NCBI GenBank assembly: GCA_027306655.1
Contig: DAHUZL010000135.1
Span: 6,677 to 70,676 of the forward strand
Direction of reading: 5' to 3'
DNA: 64,000 nt
DNA from: Candidatus Dormiibacterota bacterium
Lineage (GTDB): Bacteria > Chloroflexota > Dormibacteria > Aeolococcales > Bog-877
This document shows, one piece after another, positions 7,639 through 16,607 of this stretch. Positions within the stretch are counted from its first letter, which is position 1, and the number at the start of each line of letters is the position of its first letter. The notes beneath the pieces were generated by a model. The model saw only the letters and a list, made by a program, of their open reading frames with translations. It was not told where the DNA came from and did no database searches. The position numbers were made by a program, and so were the translations under genes.

Positions 7639-9732
7639 TCAGCGGATGAACAGGATGATGACGAACACCGCCACCACGTAGAGCAGGTAGAGGCTCACGC
7701 TGCCGGCCTGGAGGCGACCAGCGGCCCGCGACAGGCAGCGCGCGGCGCCGACCGCGGGCCGGTACACGTAGGCGTCGACCGGTTCCACCACCCGCCGGGC
7801 GTAGCGGAGGGAGCGGACGAAGTAGGGCGGCTGGTCGTAGTCGCCCTCGATCGCCCGCTGGGCGCGGAAGATGCCGCCGAAGATCGACCGGAACGGGTTG
7901 GTGAAGGCGGTCGCGGTGTACTGCATGGCGGGGTGCGGCTGAGCAATCGCACCGGCCCAGACCGCGGTCTCGCGGCGCGGCCGGCGACCGAGCAGGCGGA
8001 GCACACCGGCGGTGACGCCGATGACGATCGCGAGGGTGCAGAAGATGTAGGTGGGGGAGATGAAGGCGTCGGTGAAGCTGGTGGGGACGATGACCACCCC
8101 GTTGCCGGGGATCACCTGGTGGAGGAAGGTCGCCCCCAGGCGGACCGGGAGGGGGAACCGGCCGGGGTGGAGGAAGATCGGCGGCAGGACGGCGTCGAGC
8201 AGGCCGCGGACCCGGGTGGCGCTGCCGGCGGCCGCGGCCGCCGCCCCCACCCCCAGGGGCGGCACCAACGCGGTCAGCACCGCCGTGGCGGCGGTGACCA
8301 CCATGCCCAGCCGCATCGCCCAGGGCACCTCGCGGGCGCTCCGGGCGGCCTCGCTGCGGGCGACCCCGAGGAAGGTGCCGCCGACCACCCGCACGTAGGT
8401 GGTGACCGCGAGGGCGAAGGTCAGCGTCAAGAGCATCCCCGCCCCCGCCAGGGCGACCCGGCCCTCGGGGCTGCCGAGGATCCGGGCGCGGATCAGGACC
8501 TGCAGCCCCAGCCACTCGGTCTGGAAACCGTTCAGGGGGGGCACGCCGGCGAGCCCCATCGCCCCCAGGAAGAAGAGGAGGGTGGTCCAGCGCATGCGCC
8601 GGGCGAGCCCGCCGAGGCGGTCCATGTCGAGCTGATGGGTGGCGGTGTCGACACTGCCGGCGCCCATGAAGAGCGTGCTCTTGAGGAGGCCGTGGTAGAG
8701 CGTGTGGAGCAGGACCACGACCACCGCGGTGGCGGCGAGGAGCGGGTGGTGGCTCTGGCGGAAGACCAGCGCCGCGCCCAGCATCGCCACCATGAAGCCG
8801 AGGTTCTCGATCGTGCTGTAGGCGAGCATGCGCTTCAGGTCGGACACCAGCAGCGAGAACAGCACGCCATACAGGGCGGTGAGCACGCCCAGGCCGAGCG
8901 TGAGATAGCCCCACCAGGCTGCCGGCTCGGGCAGCAGCGTGACCAGGGCGAGCACGAGGCCGTAGATGCCCGTCTTCACGACCAGCCCGGAGAGGAGAGC
9001 CGAGACGTGGGCGGGCGCCGCCGGGTGCGCCTCCGGCAACCAGCCCTGGAGCGGCAGCAGGCCGGCCTTGACCCCGAAGCCGACCAGGAAGAGCACGAAG
9101 GCGGCCGAGGCCGCCGCCCCGCTGACCTGGGGGTGCCGGGCCAGCGCCACGAAGCTGACGCCGGGGTGGAGGGCGCCGACCAGCGCGAAGGCGACCACCA
9201 GGGCGAGGAAGCCCACCTTGGCCAGCGCCAGCAGCAGGAATGCCGCCTGGGGCCGGTGGGGTCGGTCGAACTCCACCGTCACCAACACGTAGCTGGCGAT
9301 CACCATGCACTCCCAGGCGACAAGGAACGTCACCGCATCGGCTGCGGCGACCACCACCACGATGGTGGCGAGGACGAGGGCGAGCAGCGCGTGGGCGGTG
9401 GCGCGACGCAGCGGCCCGCCAACATGGGCGGTGTAGGCGGCGGAGTAGAGGCAGACCCCGGTGCCGACGACGCCGGTGAGGAGGAGGAAGAGACCGCCGA
9501 GAGGCGTCGCCCGCACCGCGAACGCGCCGATCGGGGTCGACACCGGCAGGGCGGCATGGCCGTGCGCCCCGCCCAGCCAGAGAACGGCCGCCGCCACCGC
9601 GGCCAGGCTGGCGGCGACCCCCGCCGCCGCGGAGAGGTCACCGGCCGCCGGCCAGCGGGCGACCGAGAGCCCGATCGCCGCGGCGGCGATGTACGCGGCC
9701 AGGGCCGCGCCCAGGAGCTCAAGCGCCATCGC
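7639..9732 (-). CDS. NuoL/HyfB-like proton-pumping antiporter subunit of an Ehr/Hyf-type complex
   Basis: About 697 aa polytopic protein with 'WLPEAHPAAPAHVSALLSGLVVKTGIYG' and 'MLAYSTIENLGFM' (Mrp/NuoL signature). The start was chosen at 'MALELLGAAL' (9732). The ORF extension to 9954 overlaps the upstream gene. Confidence 0.8.
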   Translation of the reverse strand, partial: AMALELLGAALAAYIAAAAIGLSVARWPAAGDLSAAAGVAASLAAVAAAVLWLGGAHGHAALPVSTPIGAFAVRATPLGGLFLLLTGVVGTGVCLYSAAYTAHVGGPLRRATAHALLALVLATIVVVVAAADAVTFLVAWECMVIASYVLVTVEFDRPHRPQAAFLLLALAKVGFLALVVAFALVGALHPGVSFVALARHPQVSGAAASAAFVLFLVGFGVKAGLLPLQGWLPEAHPAAPAHVSALLSGLVVKTGIYGLVLALVTLLPEPAAWWGYLTLGLGVLTALYGVLFSLLVSDLKRMLAYSTIENLGFMVAMLGAALVFRQSHHPLLAATAVVVVLLHTLYHGLLKSTLFMGAGSVDTATHQLDMDRLGGLARRMRWTTLLFFLGAMGLAGVPPLNGFQTEWLGLQVLIRARILGSPEGRVALAGAGMLLTLTFALAVTTYVRVVGGTFLGVARSEAARSAREVPWAMRLGMVVTAATAVLTALVPPLGVGAAAAAAGSATRVRGLLDAVLPPIFLHPGRFPLPVRLGATFLHQVIPGNGVVIVPTSFTDAFISPTYIFCTLAIVIGVTAGVLRLLGRRPRRETAVWAGAIAQPHPAMQYTATAFTNPFRSIFGGIFRAQRAIEGDYDQPPYFVRSLRYARRVVEPVDAYVYRPAVGAARCLSRAAGRLQAGSVSLYLLYVVAVFVIILFIR

Positions 9733-10561
9733 GCGCCTCCCCGGCTCGCGGGGCGCGCTCGGTCGCCCGATCGATGGCCAGCAGCAGCCCGTGCAGGAGC
9801 GCCTGCGGGGTGGGCGGGCAGCCGGGCACGTAGACGTCGACCGGGAGGCAGCGGTCGAGCGGCCCCACCGTCGTCGGCCCGCCCGCGAAGCAGCCGCCGT
9901 GGATCGCACAGACCCCGGCCGCGAGGACCAGCTTGGGCGACGGCATCGCGGCATAGGTGGCCCGCAGCGCCGCCTCCATGTTCTCGGTCACCACCCCCGT
10001 GACCAGCAGGACGTCGGCATGCCGCGGGGTGGGGGTGAAGAAGATCCCGAGCCGGTGCAGGTCGACGTAGGGGGTGCCCAGCATCTGCAGCTCCGCCTCG
10101 CAGCCGTTGCAGGACCCGGCGTCGACGTGACGGATGTGGAGCGAGTGGCGGAACAACCGGTGGCCGTGGCGCCGCACCGCGTCCGCCGCCCGCGTCAGGG
10201 GACGCGGCGCGGGCGGGCGGCCGGGCTCCCAGCCCAGCTCCAGGGTGAGACGGCCGCGGTCACGCACGGCGACGCGCGGGTCGGGGTCGACGGCAAAGGC
10301 CTGCGGGAACGCCCGCACGCATCGCCCGCAGAGGACGCAGGCGCCCTGATCGAATCGGAGCGTTCCGGCGGCCTCGGTCCCGGTCGCGGTGAGCGCCGCC
10401 GTGGGGCAGAGGGCGGCCGCCGCCAGCGCATCGGCGGGTGTGAGCCCAGGCCAGCGGCAGGTGATCGACGACGGTGCCCCGTCGTCGCCCACGCCGGCCG
10501 GACGGGGAAAGCGCGTCGTCCGGGTCCCAGTCCGAAGGCCACAGGCGATCCACCGGCTCAT
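9719..10561 (-). CDS. Fused 4Fe-4S ferredoxin-like segment plus NuoB/HycG-like small subunit
   Basis: N-terminal 'CPTAAL...CVLCGRCVRAFP'. NuoB-like part: 'GSCNGCEAE', 'PRHADVLLVTGVV', 'GVCAIHGGCF', 'VPGCPP', so the four FeS Cys are retained. The ATG at 10561 overlaps the large-subunit stop as ATGA. Confidence 0.8.
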   Translation of the reverse strand: MSRWIACGLRTGTRTTRFPRPAGVGDDGAPSSITCRWPGLTPADALAAAALCPTAALTATGTEAAGTLRFDQGACVLCGRCVRAFPQAFAVDPDPRVAVRDRGRLTLELGWEPGRPPAPRPLTRAADAVRRHGHRLFRHSLHIRHVDAGSCNGCEAELQMLGTPYVDLHRLGIFFTPTPRHADVLLVTGVVTENMEAALRATYAAMPSPKLVLAAGVCAIHGGCFAGGPTTVGPLDRCLPVDVYVPGCPPTPQALLHGLLLAIDRATERAPRAGEARDGA

Positions 10562-12102
10562 CGGTCGAACTCCGCCACCGAGAGGTCGAAGCTGGCCTCG
10601 ATCACCGGGTAGTCGGTGAGGTTGTTGCCGCTGGCGCAGGCGTGGGCGTAGGGATGCCAGTTGACCACCGCCGGCGGTCGCGCGCGCCAGTGCCGCACCC
10701 GCCCGTCGCTGTCGAGCTCCACGAAGGCCAGGGTCTCGCCGCCGGGGGCCTCCGCCCAGCCGAGGGCGGCGCCGGCGCGGAGCTCCGGCGGTCCCATCGG
10801 GCCCGGGGCCTCGATCCAGACATCGAGGAGCCGTCGGAGCAGGCCGAGCGACGCGTCGATCTCGTCGAGGCGCACCTGCAGCCGTGCCGCCGCGTCGCCG
10901 TCGCGTCGCACCGGGACCCGGATCGGGAGCCCGGGGTAGGCGAGGTACGGGTGGTCGCGTCGCGCGTCGCAATCGGCTCCGGACGCCCGGCCGACAGGGC
11001 CGACCAGCTGGTGCCGCTCCGCATACGCGGGCTCCAGCACCGCGGTGGTGTCGAGGCGGTCCAGGAACGTCGAGGTCTCGTCGAGGAGCGCGCGCAGCGC
11101 CGACGCTCGATCGGCCCACCCGTCCACCCGCCGGCGCAGGTGGTGGGGGACGACCGAGGGCTGGATGGCGTCGGCCCCGCCGATGGACAGGCACCCGCGC
11201 AGGTACCGGTGGCCGGTGAGGTCGGCGGCGGTGCGCAGGAGCTCCTCGGTGAGGAGCCCGTACTGGGCGCTCGCCACCAGCAGGCCGGTGGCGTCGGCGA
11301 GGCGCGTGACCGCGGCGCAGTGGCTGCGCACGCGCTCCAGCTCGGCCAGGCAGGTCCGGGTCCACTCCGCGGCGGGGCCGACCGCGATGCCGGCGGCGCG
11401 CTCCACCGCCCGGGCGAAGGCGAGGGCGGTGGCGAAGCTGGAGGTCCCGGCCAGCCGCTCGGCGAAGACGAGGGCCCGGTCCGCCGGCAGTCCCTCGGCC
11501 ATCCGCTCCAGGGCCCGGAACTTGTAGCCAAGGCGCGGGCTGACCTGGACCAGGTCCTCCCCACCGGAGCTGAAGAGGAACGCGGCCGACTCCTGGGGCC
11601 CGCTGCGGACCGGGCCGAGGGGGAGCTGGACGAGACCCTGGCCCTCGACGGCCGGTCCGAAGGCGGGGCGCGGGTCCGCCCCGGCCGGGAACTCGGGCGC
11701 CGATGGCGACCGCAGCGGCGGAGCGCCCGGCGAGAGGTGGCGCCGCAGCGGGGCCGGGCGCGGGTGCCCGATCGGCTCCAGCCCGTGAGCCTCCCAGATC
11801 TCGCGTTCGTACCAGCTCGCCGCATGCACGATCGGGGTGAGCGAGGCGAAGGTCGTCCCCTGCAGCTCCGTCGAGAGGACGAGCCACTGCGGGTCGCCGT
11901 GGAGCTGGAGGACGGCGGTGAGCCGGGGTCGGCGCGCGTCGTCGGCGGTGGCGAAGAGGTCGGCGAGGACCGCCGGTCCGGCGAGCCCGGCGACCAGCTC
12001 GGTGAACACCGCCTCGGGGCAGCTCGCCTGCAGCTCGTCGTCGGCCACCGCCCGCGTCCGCAGGCCGCGGTCCTCCGCCAGCTGGCGAAGGGATCGGGTC
12101 AT
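10558..12102 (-). CDS. NuoC+NuoD fused HycE-like 'large subunit' lacking NiFe-binding cysteines
   Basis: 514 aa. NuoC-like 'ASWYEREIWEAHGLEP'. NuoD-like 'LPLGPVRSGPQESAAFLF...RLGYKFRALE'. C-terminus 'NWHPYAHACASGNNLTDYPVIEASFDLSVAEFDR'. No N-terminal RxCxxC motif and no C-terminal DPCxxC motif is present. Confidence 0.8.
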   Translation of the reverse strand: MTRSLRQLAEDRGLRTRAVADDELQASCPEAVFTELVAGLAGPAVLADLFATADDARRPRLTAVLQLHGDPQWLVLSTELQGTTFASLTPIVHAASWYEREIWEAHGLEPIGHPRPAPLRRHLSPGAPPLRSPSAPEFPAGADPRPAFGPAVEGQGLVQLPLGPVRSGPQESAAFLFSSGGEDLVQVSPRLGYKFRALERMAEGLPADRALVFAERLAGTSSFATALAFARAVERAAGIAVGPAAEWTRTCLAELERVRSHCAAVTRLADATGLLVASAQYGLLTEELLRTAADLTGHRYLRGCLSIGGADAIQPSVVPHHLRRRVDGWADRASALRALLDETSTFLDRLDTTAVLEPAYAERHQLVGPVGRASGADCDARRDHPYLAYPGLPIRVPVRRDGDAAARLQVRLDEIDASLGLLRRLLDVWIEAPGPMGPPELRAGAALGWAEAPGGETLAFVELDSDGRVRHWRARPPAVVNWHPYAHACASGNNLTDYPVIEASFDLSVAEFDR

Positions 12103-13580
12103 CGCCGCACCTCGCGAGCCGCGTCGGCGAGCAGGGTGTGGAGGGGCCCGGGAACGAAGACGCCGAGGACCAGGACCGCCGCCAGGAGGACATAGCCAGG
12201 GAGCAGGACCGCCGCTCCGAGCTCGGCCCGCCGCGGGAGCGGGTCGGCCCGACCCTCGCCGAACACCATCGTGCTGAAGGGGGCGACCAGGGCGAGGAAC
12301 CCCACCAGCAGGAGGAGGGCGATCAGGCCGGCGGCGCCGAAGGCGCGGGCCCCGATCCCGCCCGCGACGATCGACGCCTCCGAGAGGAAGAGCCCGAACG
12401 GAGGCGCTCCCGCGATGGCGAGGGCCCCGGCCAGCACCAGGACGGCGGCCGCCGGGGCGACCCGGATCATGCCTCGGACCTCGCTGATGGTGGTGGTGCG
12501 GAAGCGGAGGAGGAGGTTGCCGGCGTTGAAGAACATGAGGCACTTGGCGAGGCTGTGGGCCAGCATCTGGAGCAGCGCGCCGAACACCGCCAGGGGGGCG
12601 CCCAGCCCGAAGCCGGCGGCGATCAGGCCCATCTGGTCGACCGACGAGTAGGCCAGCAGTCGCTTGTAGTCGCGCTGGGAGACGAGGAAGACGACCCCCA
12701 CGGCCATCGAGAGGAGCCCGAAGGCGAGCAGGGCGGAGTGAAGCTCGCTGCCCCCGTGCTGCGCCGGGGTGGCCAGCGCCAGCACCCGGACGATCGCGAG
12801 CATGGCGCAGTTGAGCTCGGCGCCGGACAGCATCGAGCAGATCGGGGCAGGGGCCTGGCTGTGCGCGTCGGGGAGCCAGGTGTGCATCGGCGCCAGCCCG
12901 GCCTTGGTGCCGAAGCCGACGAGCACCAAGAGGAACCCCAGGGTGGCGAGAGTGGGGGAGAGATGGGGCCCCGCGGCGCGCAGGACGGGGATCGCGAAGT
13001 TGTAGCTGCCGCCGAGCCACCCGACCGCCGACGCGTAGAGGCACAGGAATCCGAACAGGGCGATCAGCTCGCCCGCCACCGCCAGCATGATGAACTTCCA
13101 CGCTGCCTCCAGAGGACCGTGGGACCCGTAAAAGTCGACCAGCGGAGCGGAGGCGAATGTGGTTGCGGTCACCGCGGTCCACAGCAGGCCGAGGTTGCCG
13201 GCCACCGTGGCCGCCACCATGGTGAAGACGAAGAGGTGGAAGAGGGCGAAGTACCGGCGCGTCTCGCCGGCGCGCAGGGTGTGGACGTTCGCGGAGGAGC
13301 GGAAGTAGGCGATCGAGTAGAGGGCGGCCAGCGCGGAGACCAGCGTCACGATCAGGAGCGCGAGCGCACCGAGGTGGTCAAGGTAGAGCCAGTCGCCGAA
13401 CGCCGTGAACCGGCCCCGCTGCACCACCCGGGCGACCAGCGTGAGTCCCAGACCGAGGCCCACGAGTGCGGTCGGGACGACCAGGATCAGGCGCAGGTCA
13501 TCCCCCGGCACCAGCCAGGTCGCGACCGCGGCGGCCAGCGGCACCGCCAGCACGGCGAGCAGGAGCGCGGCGTCGATCAT
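12099..13580 (-). CDS. NuoN/NuoM/HyfF-like antiporter subunit
   Basis: Start at 'MIDAALLLAV'. Motifs 'GFGTKAGLAPMHTWLPDAHSQAPAPICSMLSG' and 'LLAYSSVDQMG'. The upstream R/P-rich ORF extension is rejected. The gene overlaps its neighbour by 4 nt. Confidence 0.75.
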   Translation of the reverse strand: MIDAALLLAVLAVPLAAAVATWLVPGDDLRLILVVPTALVGLGLGLTLVARVVQRGRFTAFGDWLYLDHLGALALLIVTLVSALAALYSIAYFRSSANVHTLRAGETRRYFALFHLFVFTMVAATVAGNLGLLWTAVTATTFASAPLVDFYGSHGPLEAAWKFIMLAVAGELIALFGFLCLYASAVGWLGGSYNFAIPVLRAAGPHLSPTLATLGFLLVLVGFGTKAGLAPMHTWLPDAHSQAPAPICSMLSGAELNCAMLAIVRVLALATPAQHGGSELHSALLAFGLLSMAVGVVFLVSQRDYKRLLAYSSVDQMGLIAAGFGLGAPLAVFGALLQMLAHSLAKCLMFFNAGNLLLRFRTTTISEVRGMIRVAPAAAVLVLAGALAIAGAPPFGLFLSEASIVAGGIGARAFGAAGLIALLLLVGFLALVAPFSTMVFGEGRADPLPRRAELGAAVLLPGYVLLAAVLVLGVFVPGPLHTLLADAAREVRR

Positions 13581-14221
13581 CCGCGCAGCCGGGTGAGCTC
13601 GGAGGTGTCGGTGCTGAAGACCTCCTCGCGCATCCGAGCCAGCAGGAAGGACATCACCACTACCGCGATCAGGACGTCGAGGACCAGGGCGAACTCGATC
13701 AGCAGGCTCAGCCGCGGCGCCAGCACCAGCCCGATCAGGAGGAGCCCGTTCTCGGCCGCCAGCAGGCCCCCCATCTGGAGCACGCCGTCGCGTCGGGCGG
13801 TGGTGGTGAAGAGGCCGAGGAGCAGGACGGCGATGCCGATGCCGAGGTCGGCCCCGGGGAGGAGATGGGACGGCGAGGGGATCCGGCTGGCCGCGATGAA
13901 GCCGGCCAGCGACAGGGCGGCGCCGAGCAGGAGCGCGGTGGGGAACCCCACGTGGTAGGAGCTCTCCCGACCGGCGCTGAGGGCGACCCGCATCCGCCGG
14001 CGCAGAAGGGTGGGGATCGCCACCCCCTTGAGGGACACGATCAGCAGGCCGAAGAGGAGCAGCTCCGTCAGGTGGGTGTGGACGAAGAGAGCGATCGCGA
14101 TGCCGCCGAGCAGCCACGACTGGAGCTGGTAGGCGCCCACCGCCGTGCGCAGGCGACGGGCCACGATCAGCTGGAAGCTGACCAAAAGGAAGAGGGCCGC
14201 GAGGGTGATCTCAGGCAGCAC
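13577..14221 (-). CDS. HyfE/HycP-like small membrane subunit
   Basis: 214 aa with about 7 TM segments, positioned between the NuoH-like and NuoN-like genes as in hyf/hyc operons. Confidence 0.65.
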   Translation of the reverse strand: MLPEITLAALFLLVSFQLIVARRLRTAVGAYQLQSWLLGGIAIALFVHTHLTELLLFGLLIVSLKGVAIPTLLRRRMRVALSAGRESSYHVGFPTALLLGAALSLAGFIAASRIPSPSHLLPGADLGIGIAVLLLGLFTTTARRDGVLQMGGLLAAENGLLLIGLVLAPRLSLLIEFALVLDVLIAVVVMSFLLARMREEVFSTDTSELTRLRG

Positions 14222-14263
14222 GGGACCATCCCCCGGATCGACGCCGGGCGTCGGCCATCGCCG

Positions 14264-15295
14264 TCACCGCCCCAGGGTGGAGAGCACCAGGCCCAGGAAC
14301 GCGAGCACGAAGCTGCCCCCGAGGTACTCGGGCACGCGCATGATCCGGATCTTGGCGAGCGCGGACTCGATCACCACGATCAGGAAGGCGGCGGCCAGCA
14401 TCTTGCCGACGAGCGTGGCGATCGCCACCGCGAAGGCGGGGACGGTCACCGCTCCCGCCAGTCCGGGGGGGAAGACCAGCACGTTGAGCCAGACCACCAG
14501 CACCACGAAGAGCTTCATGGCGCCTCCCCATTCCATCAGCGCCTGGTCAGAACCGGCGTACTCGAACAGGCGGGAGGACTCGATCATGGAGAGCTCCTGG
14601 GCGCTGTTGGGGTTGTCGATCGGGAGCCGTCCGGTCTCGGCCAGGACCACCATCAGGAAGGCGGCCGCGATCAGCGCATGGCTCGGGGTGATCGCGGCGG
14701 AGCTGGTGAAGAGGGTCTGGTTGACCACGAACGGCACCGTCCCGCCGGAGATGAACCCGACCGCGAAGAACACCACGATGAAGGTGGGCTCAGCCAGCGA
14801 GGAGACGAAGCGGGACCGGCTCGCGCCCAGGCCGCCGTAGACGCTGCCGCTGTCCATCGCCGCCAGGTTGGTGAAGAAGCCGCCGATGCCGATGACGAAC
14901 CCGCTCCCCACCATGTCGGCCATGAACGCCCAGCTGAGCGGGGCGGCGGTGAGGACCGGGATGAGGACGGCGAAGGCGATCGGCGTCGCGAAGACCACGT
15001 AGGGGGCGACGCGGAAGATGAACGAGGCGTCAGGGGTGGTGGAGCGGTCCTTGCCGAAGAGCTTGCGGAGGTCGCGGTAGGGCTGCAGCGGTGACGGCCC
15101 CCGCCGCGACTGCAGCCTCGCCTTGCCGGTCTCGATCACCCCCTTCAGCAGGGGCGCGAGCGCGAGCACGACCAGCAGCGCGACTACCTGGCCGACCGCG
15201 TCGGCTAGCACGTGGCACCCCAGGTGGACCCGATCGAGGCTCGCGCCATCCCCCAACTCCCGAAAGGCCTTCCGGTCTTCGTGGTCAGGGGCCAT
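14264..15295 (-). CDS. NuoH/HycD/HyfC-like membrane subunit
   Basis: 'APLLKGVIETGKARLQSRRGPSPLQPYRDLRKLF' is the NuoH/HycD N-terminal signature. It is the first gene of the operon. The true start is probably an internal GTG near 15211. Confidence 0.75.
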   Translation of the reverse strand: MAPDHEDRKAFRELGDGASLDRVHLGCHVLADAVGQVVALLVVLALAPLLKGVIETGKARLQSRRGPSPLQPYRDLRKLFGKDRSTTPDASFIFRVAPYVVFATPIAFAVLIPVLTAAPLSWAFMADMVGSGFVIGIGGFFTNLAAMDSGSVYGGLGASRSRFVSSLAEPTFIVVFFAVGFISGGTVPFVVNQTLFTSSAAITPSHALIAAAFLMVVLAETGRLPIDNPNSAQELSMIESSRLFEYAGSDQALMEWGGAMKLFVVLVVWLNVLVFPPGLAGAVTVPAFAVAIATLVGKMLAAAFLIVVIESALAKIRIMRVPEYLGGSFVLAFLGLVLSTLGR

Positions 15296-15426
15296 CAGCT
15301 CCGCAGGGAAGCCGTTTCGGCGCCGGCGCCGAGGCGAGCCCCATCGCCCGCCCCTACCTTACCGCACCCGGGCCGTCCCGCCGCGGTGCGGGGGCGGGCG
15401 CGGCCGGTGAGCGGGATAATCGGCCC

Positions 15427-15939
15427 ATGGCCGTCGCCGACCCGCTCGTCCACACCGCCCGGTGGCGGGTGCGCCACTACGAGTGCGACCCCAACGGCCA
15501 TGTCAACAACGCCGTCTACCTCAACTGGGCCGAGGAGGTGGCCATCGAGCACGCCGACCTGGCCGGGTTCGGGCCTGCCTGGAGCGCCAGCCGAGGCGGG
15601 GCGTGGGTGATCCACCGCCAGGCGATCACCTACCATCACCCCGCCGTCCACGGCGACGAGGTCGTGCTCACCGTGTGGGTCGAGATGGTGCGGGGCGTGC
15701 GCGGCACCCGCCGCACCGAGGTGCGGCGGGCCGGCGACGACCGCCTCCTGGCCGAGGTCCGGACCGAGTGGGTGTGGGTGCGGCTCGCCGACGGCCGCCC
15801 GTCCGCGGTCCCCGCCGAGGTGGTGGACGCGGCCCGGCCGGCGACGCTGGCGACCCTGGCCCATCGCCGCACCGCCGGCCGGGAGTCCCCCGGCGGGGCC
15901 GGGCCCCGGCCCACCCCGACCGGTCCGCCCGCGCCGTGA
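15427..15939 (+). CDS. Acyl-CoA thioesterase (4HBT/YbgC-like hotdog fold)
   Basis: 'WRVRHYECDPNGHVNNAVYLNWAEE'. It is divergent from the Ehr operon. Confidence 0.75.
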   Translation: MAVADPLVHTARWRVRHYECDPNGHVNNAVYLNWAEEVAIEHADLAGFGPAWSASRGGAWVIHRQAITYHHPAVHGDEVVLTVWVEMVRGVRGTRRTEVRRAGDDRLLAEVRTEWVWVRLADGRPSAVPAEVVDAARPATLATLAHRRTAGRESPGGAGPRPTPTGPPAP

Positions 15940-16547
15940 GCGGGGCCCGGCTGCCCTACCCGGGCCGGCGCGGCGCCGCCTACGACGCCGCCTTCGCCGC
16001 CCGCGCCGCCGCCGGGGCGGACGTGCACGGGGAAGCGAGCCTGGTCGCGGGGCTGGCCCCGGCGACCGTCCTCGACGCCGGCTGCGGCACCGGTCGGGTG
16101 GCGATCGAGCTCGCCCGCCGCGGCGTCGAGGTGGTCGGGGTCGACCGCGACGAGCAGATGCTGGCCGCCGCCCGCGCGAAGGCGCCGGAGCTGGGGTGGA
16201 TCCTCGGCGACCTCGCCACCGTGACGGTGCCGGGCGTCGGTCCCCCCGGGCCCGCGGGGATCGGCCCGCGCGCCTTCGACTGCGTTGTCTGCGCCGGGAA
16301 CGTCCTGATCTTCGTGGACCCGGGCAGCGAGGCGGCGGTGGTGGCGAACCTGTCCCGCCACCTGGCCCCCGGTGGGCGCCTGGTGGCCGGCTTCCAGATC
16401 CTGGAGGGGGGTCTCGACTGTCCCCGCTACGACGCGCTCTGCGCCGCCAGCGGGCTCGAGCGTGAGCACCGCTTCGGCACCTGGGAGCGGGGCCGGTACG
16501 CGGCCGACGGCGGCTACGCCGTCTCGATCCACCGCCGCCCCACCTGA
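15936..16547 (+). CDS. Class I SAM-dependent methyltransferase
   Basis: 'VLDAGCGTGRVAIELARRGVEVVGVDRDEQML'. A GTG start overlaps the thioesterase stop as GTGA. Confidence 0.7.
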   Translation: MSGARLPYPGRRGAAYDAAFAARAAAGADVHGEASLVAGLAPATVLDAGCGTGRVAIELARRGVEVVGVDRDEQMLAAARAKAPELGWILGDLATVTVPGVGPPGPAGIGPRAFDCVVCAGNVLIFVDPGSEAAVVANLSRHLAPGGRLVAGFQILEGGLDCPRYDALCAASGLEREHRFGTWERGRYAADGGYAVSIHRRPT

Positions 16548-16607
16548 CCCGGTCGCGGCTCGGTCAGGACCTCGTCTCGGCGCCGTTCGGGCGTGGGCGC
16601 CCCGGCC

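Noticed and set aside
6968-9310. 780-aa ORF (minus strand), extremely Arg/Gly/Pro-rich
   Set aside because: Alternative frame running through the NuoL-like gene and protein A. It has no motifs and its low-complexity RGP composition is typical of GC-driven spurious ORFs. The real frame has clear transmembrane/NuoL signatures.
7486-10002. 838-aa ORF (+ strand) rich in G/D/E/R/H
   Set aside because: Antisense shadow of the NuoL-like and Fd+NuoB genes. Its composition is unlike real proteins.
10558-12102. Possibility that this is a functional [NiFe] hydrogenase large subunit
   Set aside because: No N-terminal CxxC and no C-terminal DPCxxC are present. Only isolated Cys residues are seen, so NiFe coordination is not supported.
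10474-13958. Long + strand ORFs (573 and 606 aa) opposite the large-subunit and NuoN-like genes
   Set aside because: Antisense shadows. The minus-strand frames carry NuoC/NuoD/NuoN motifs.
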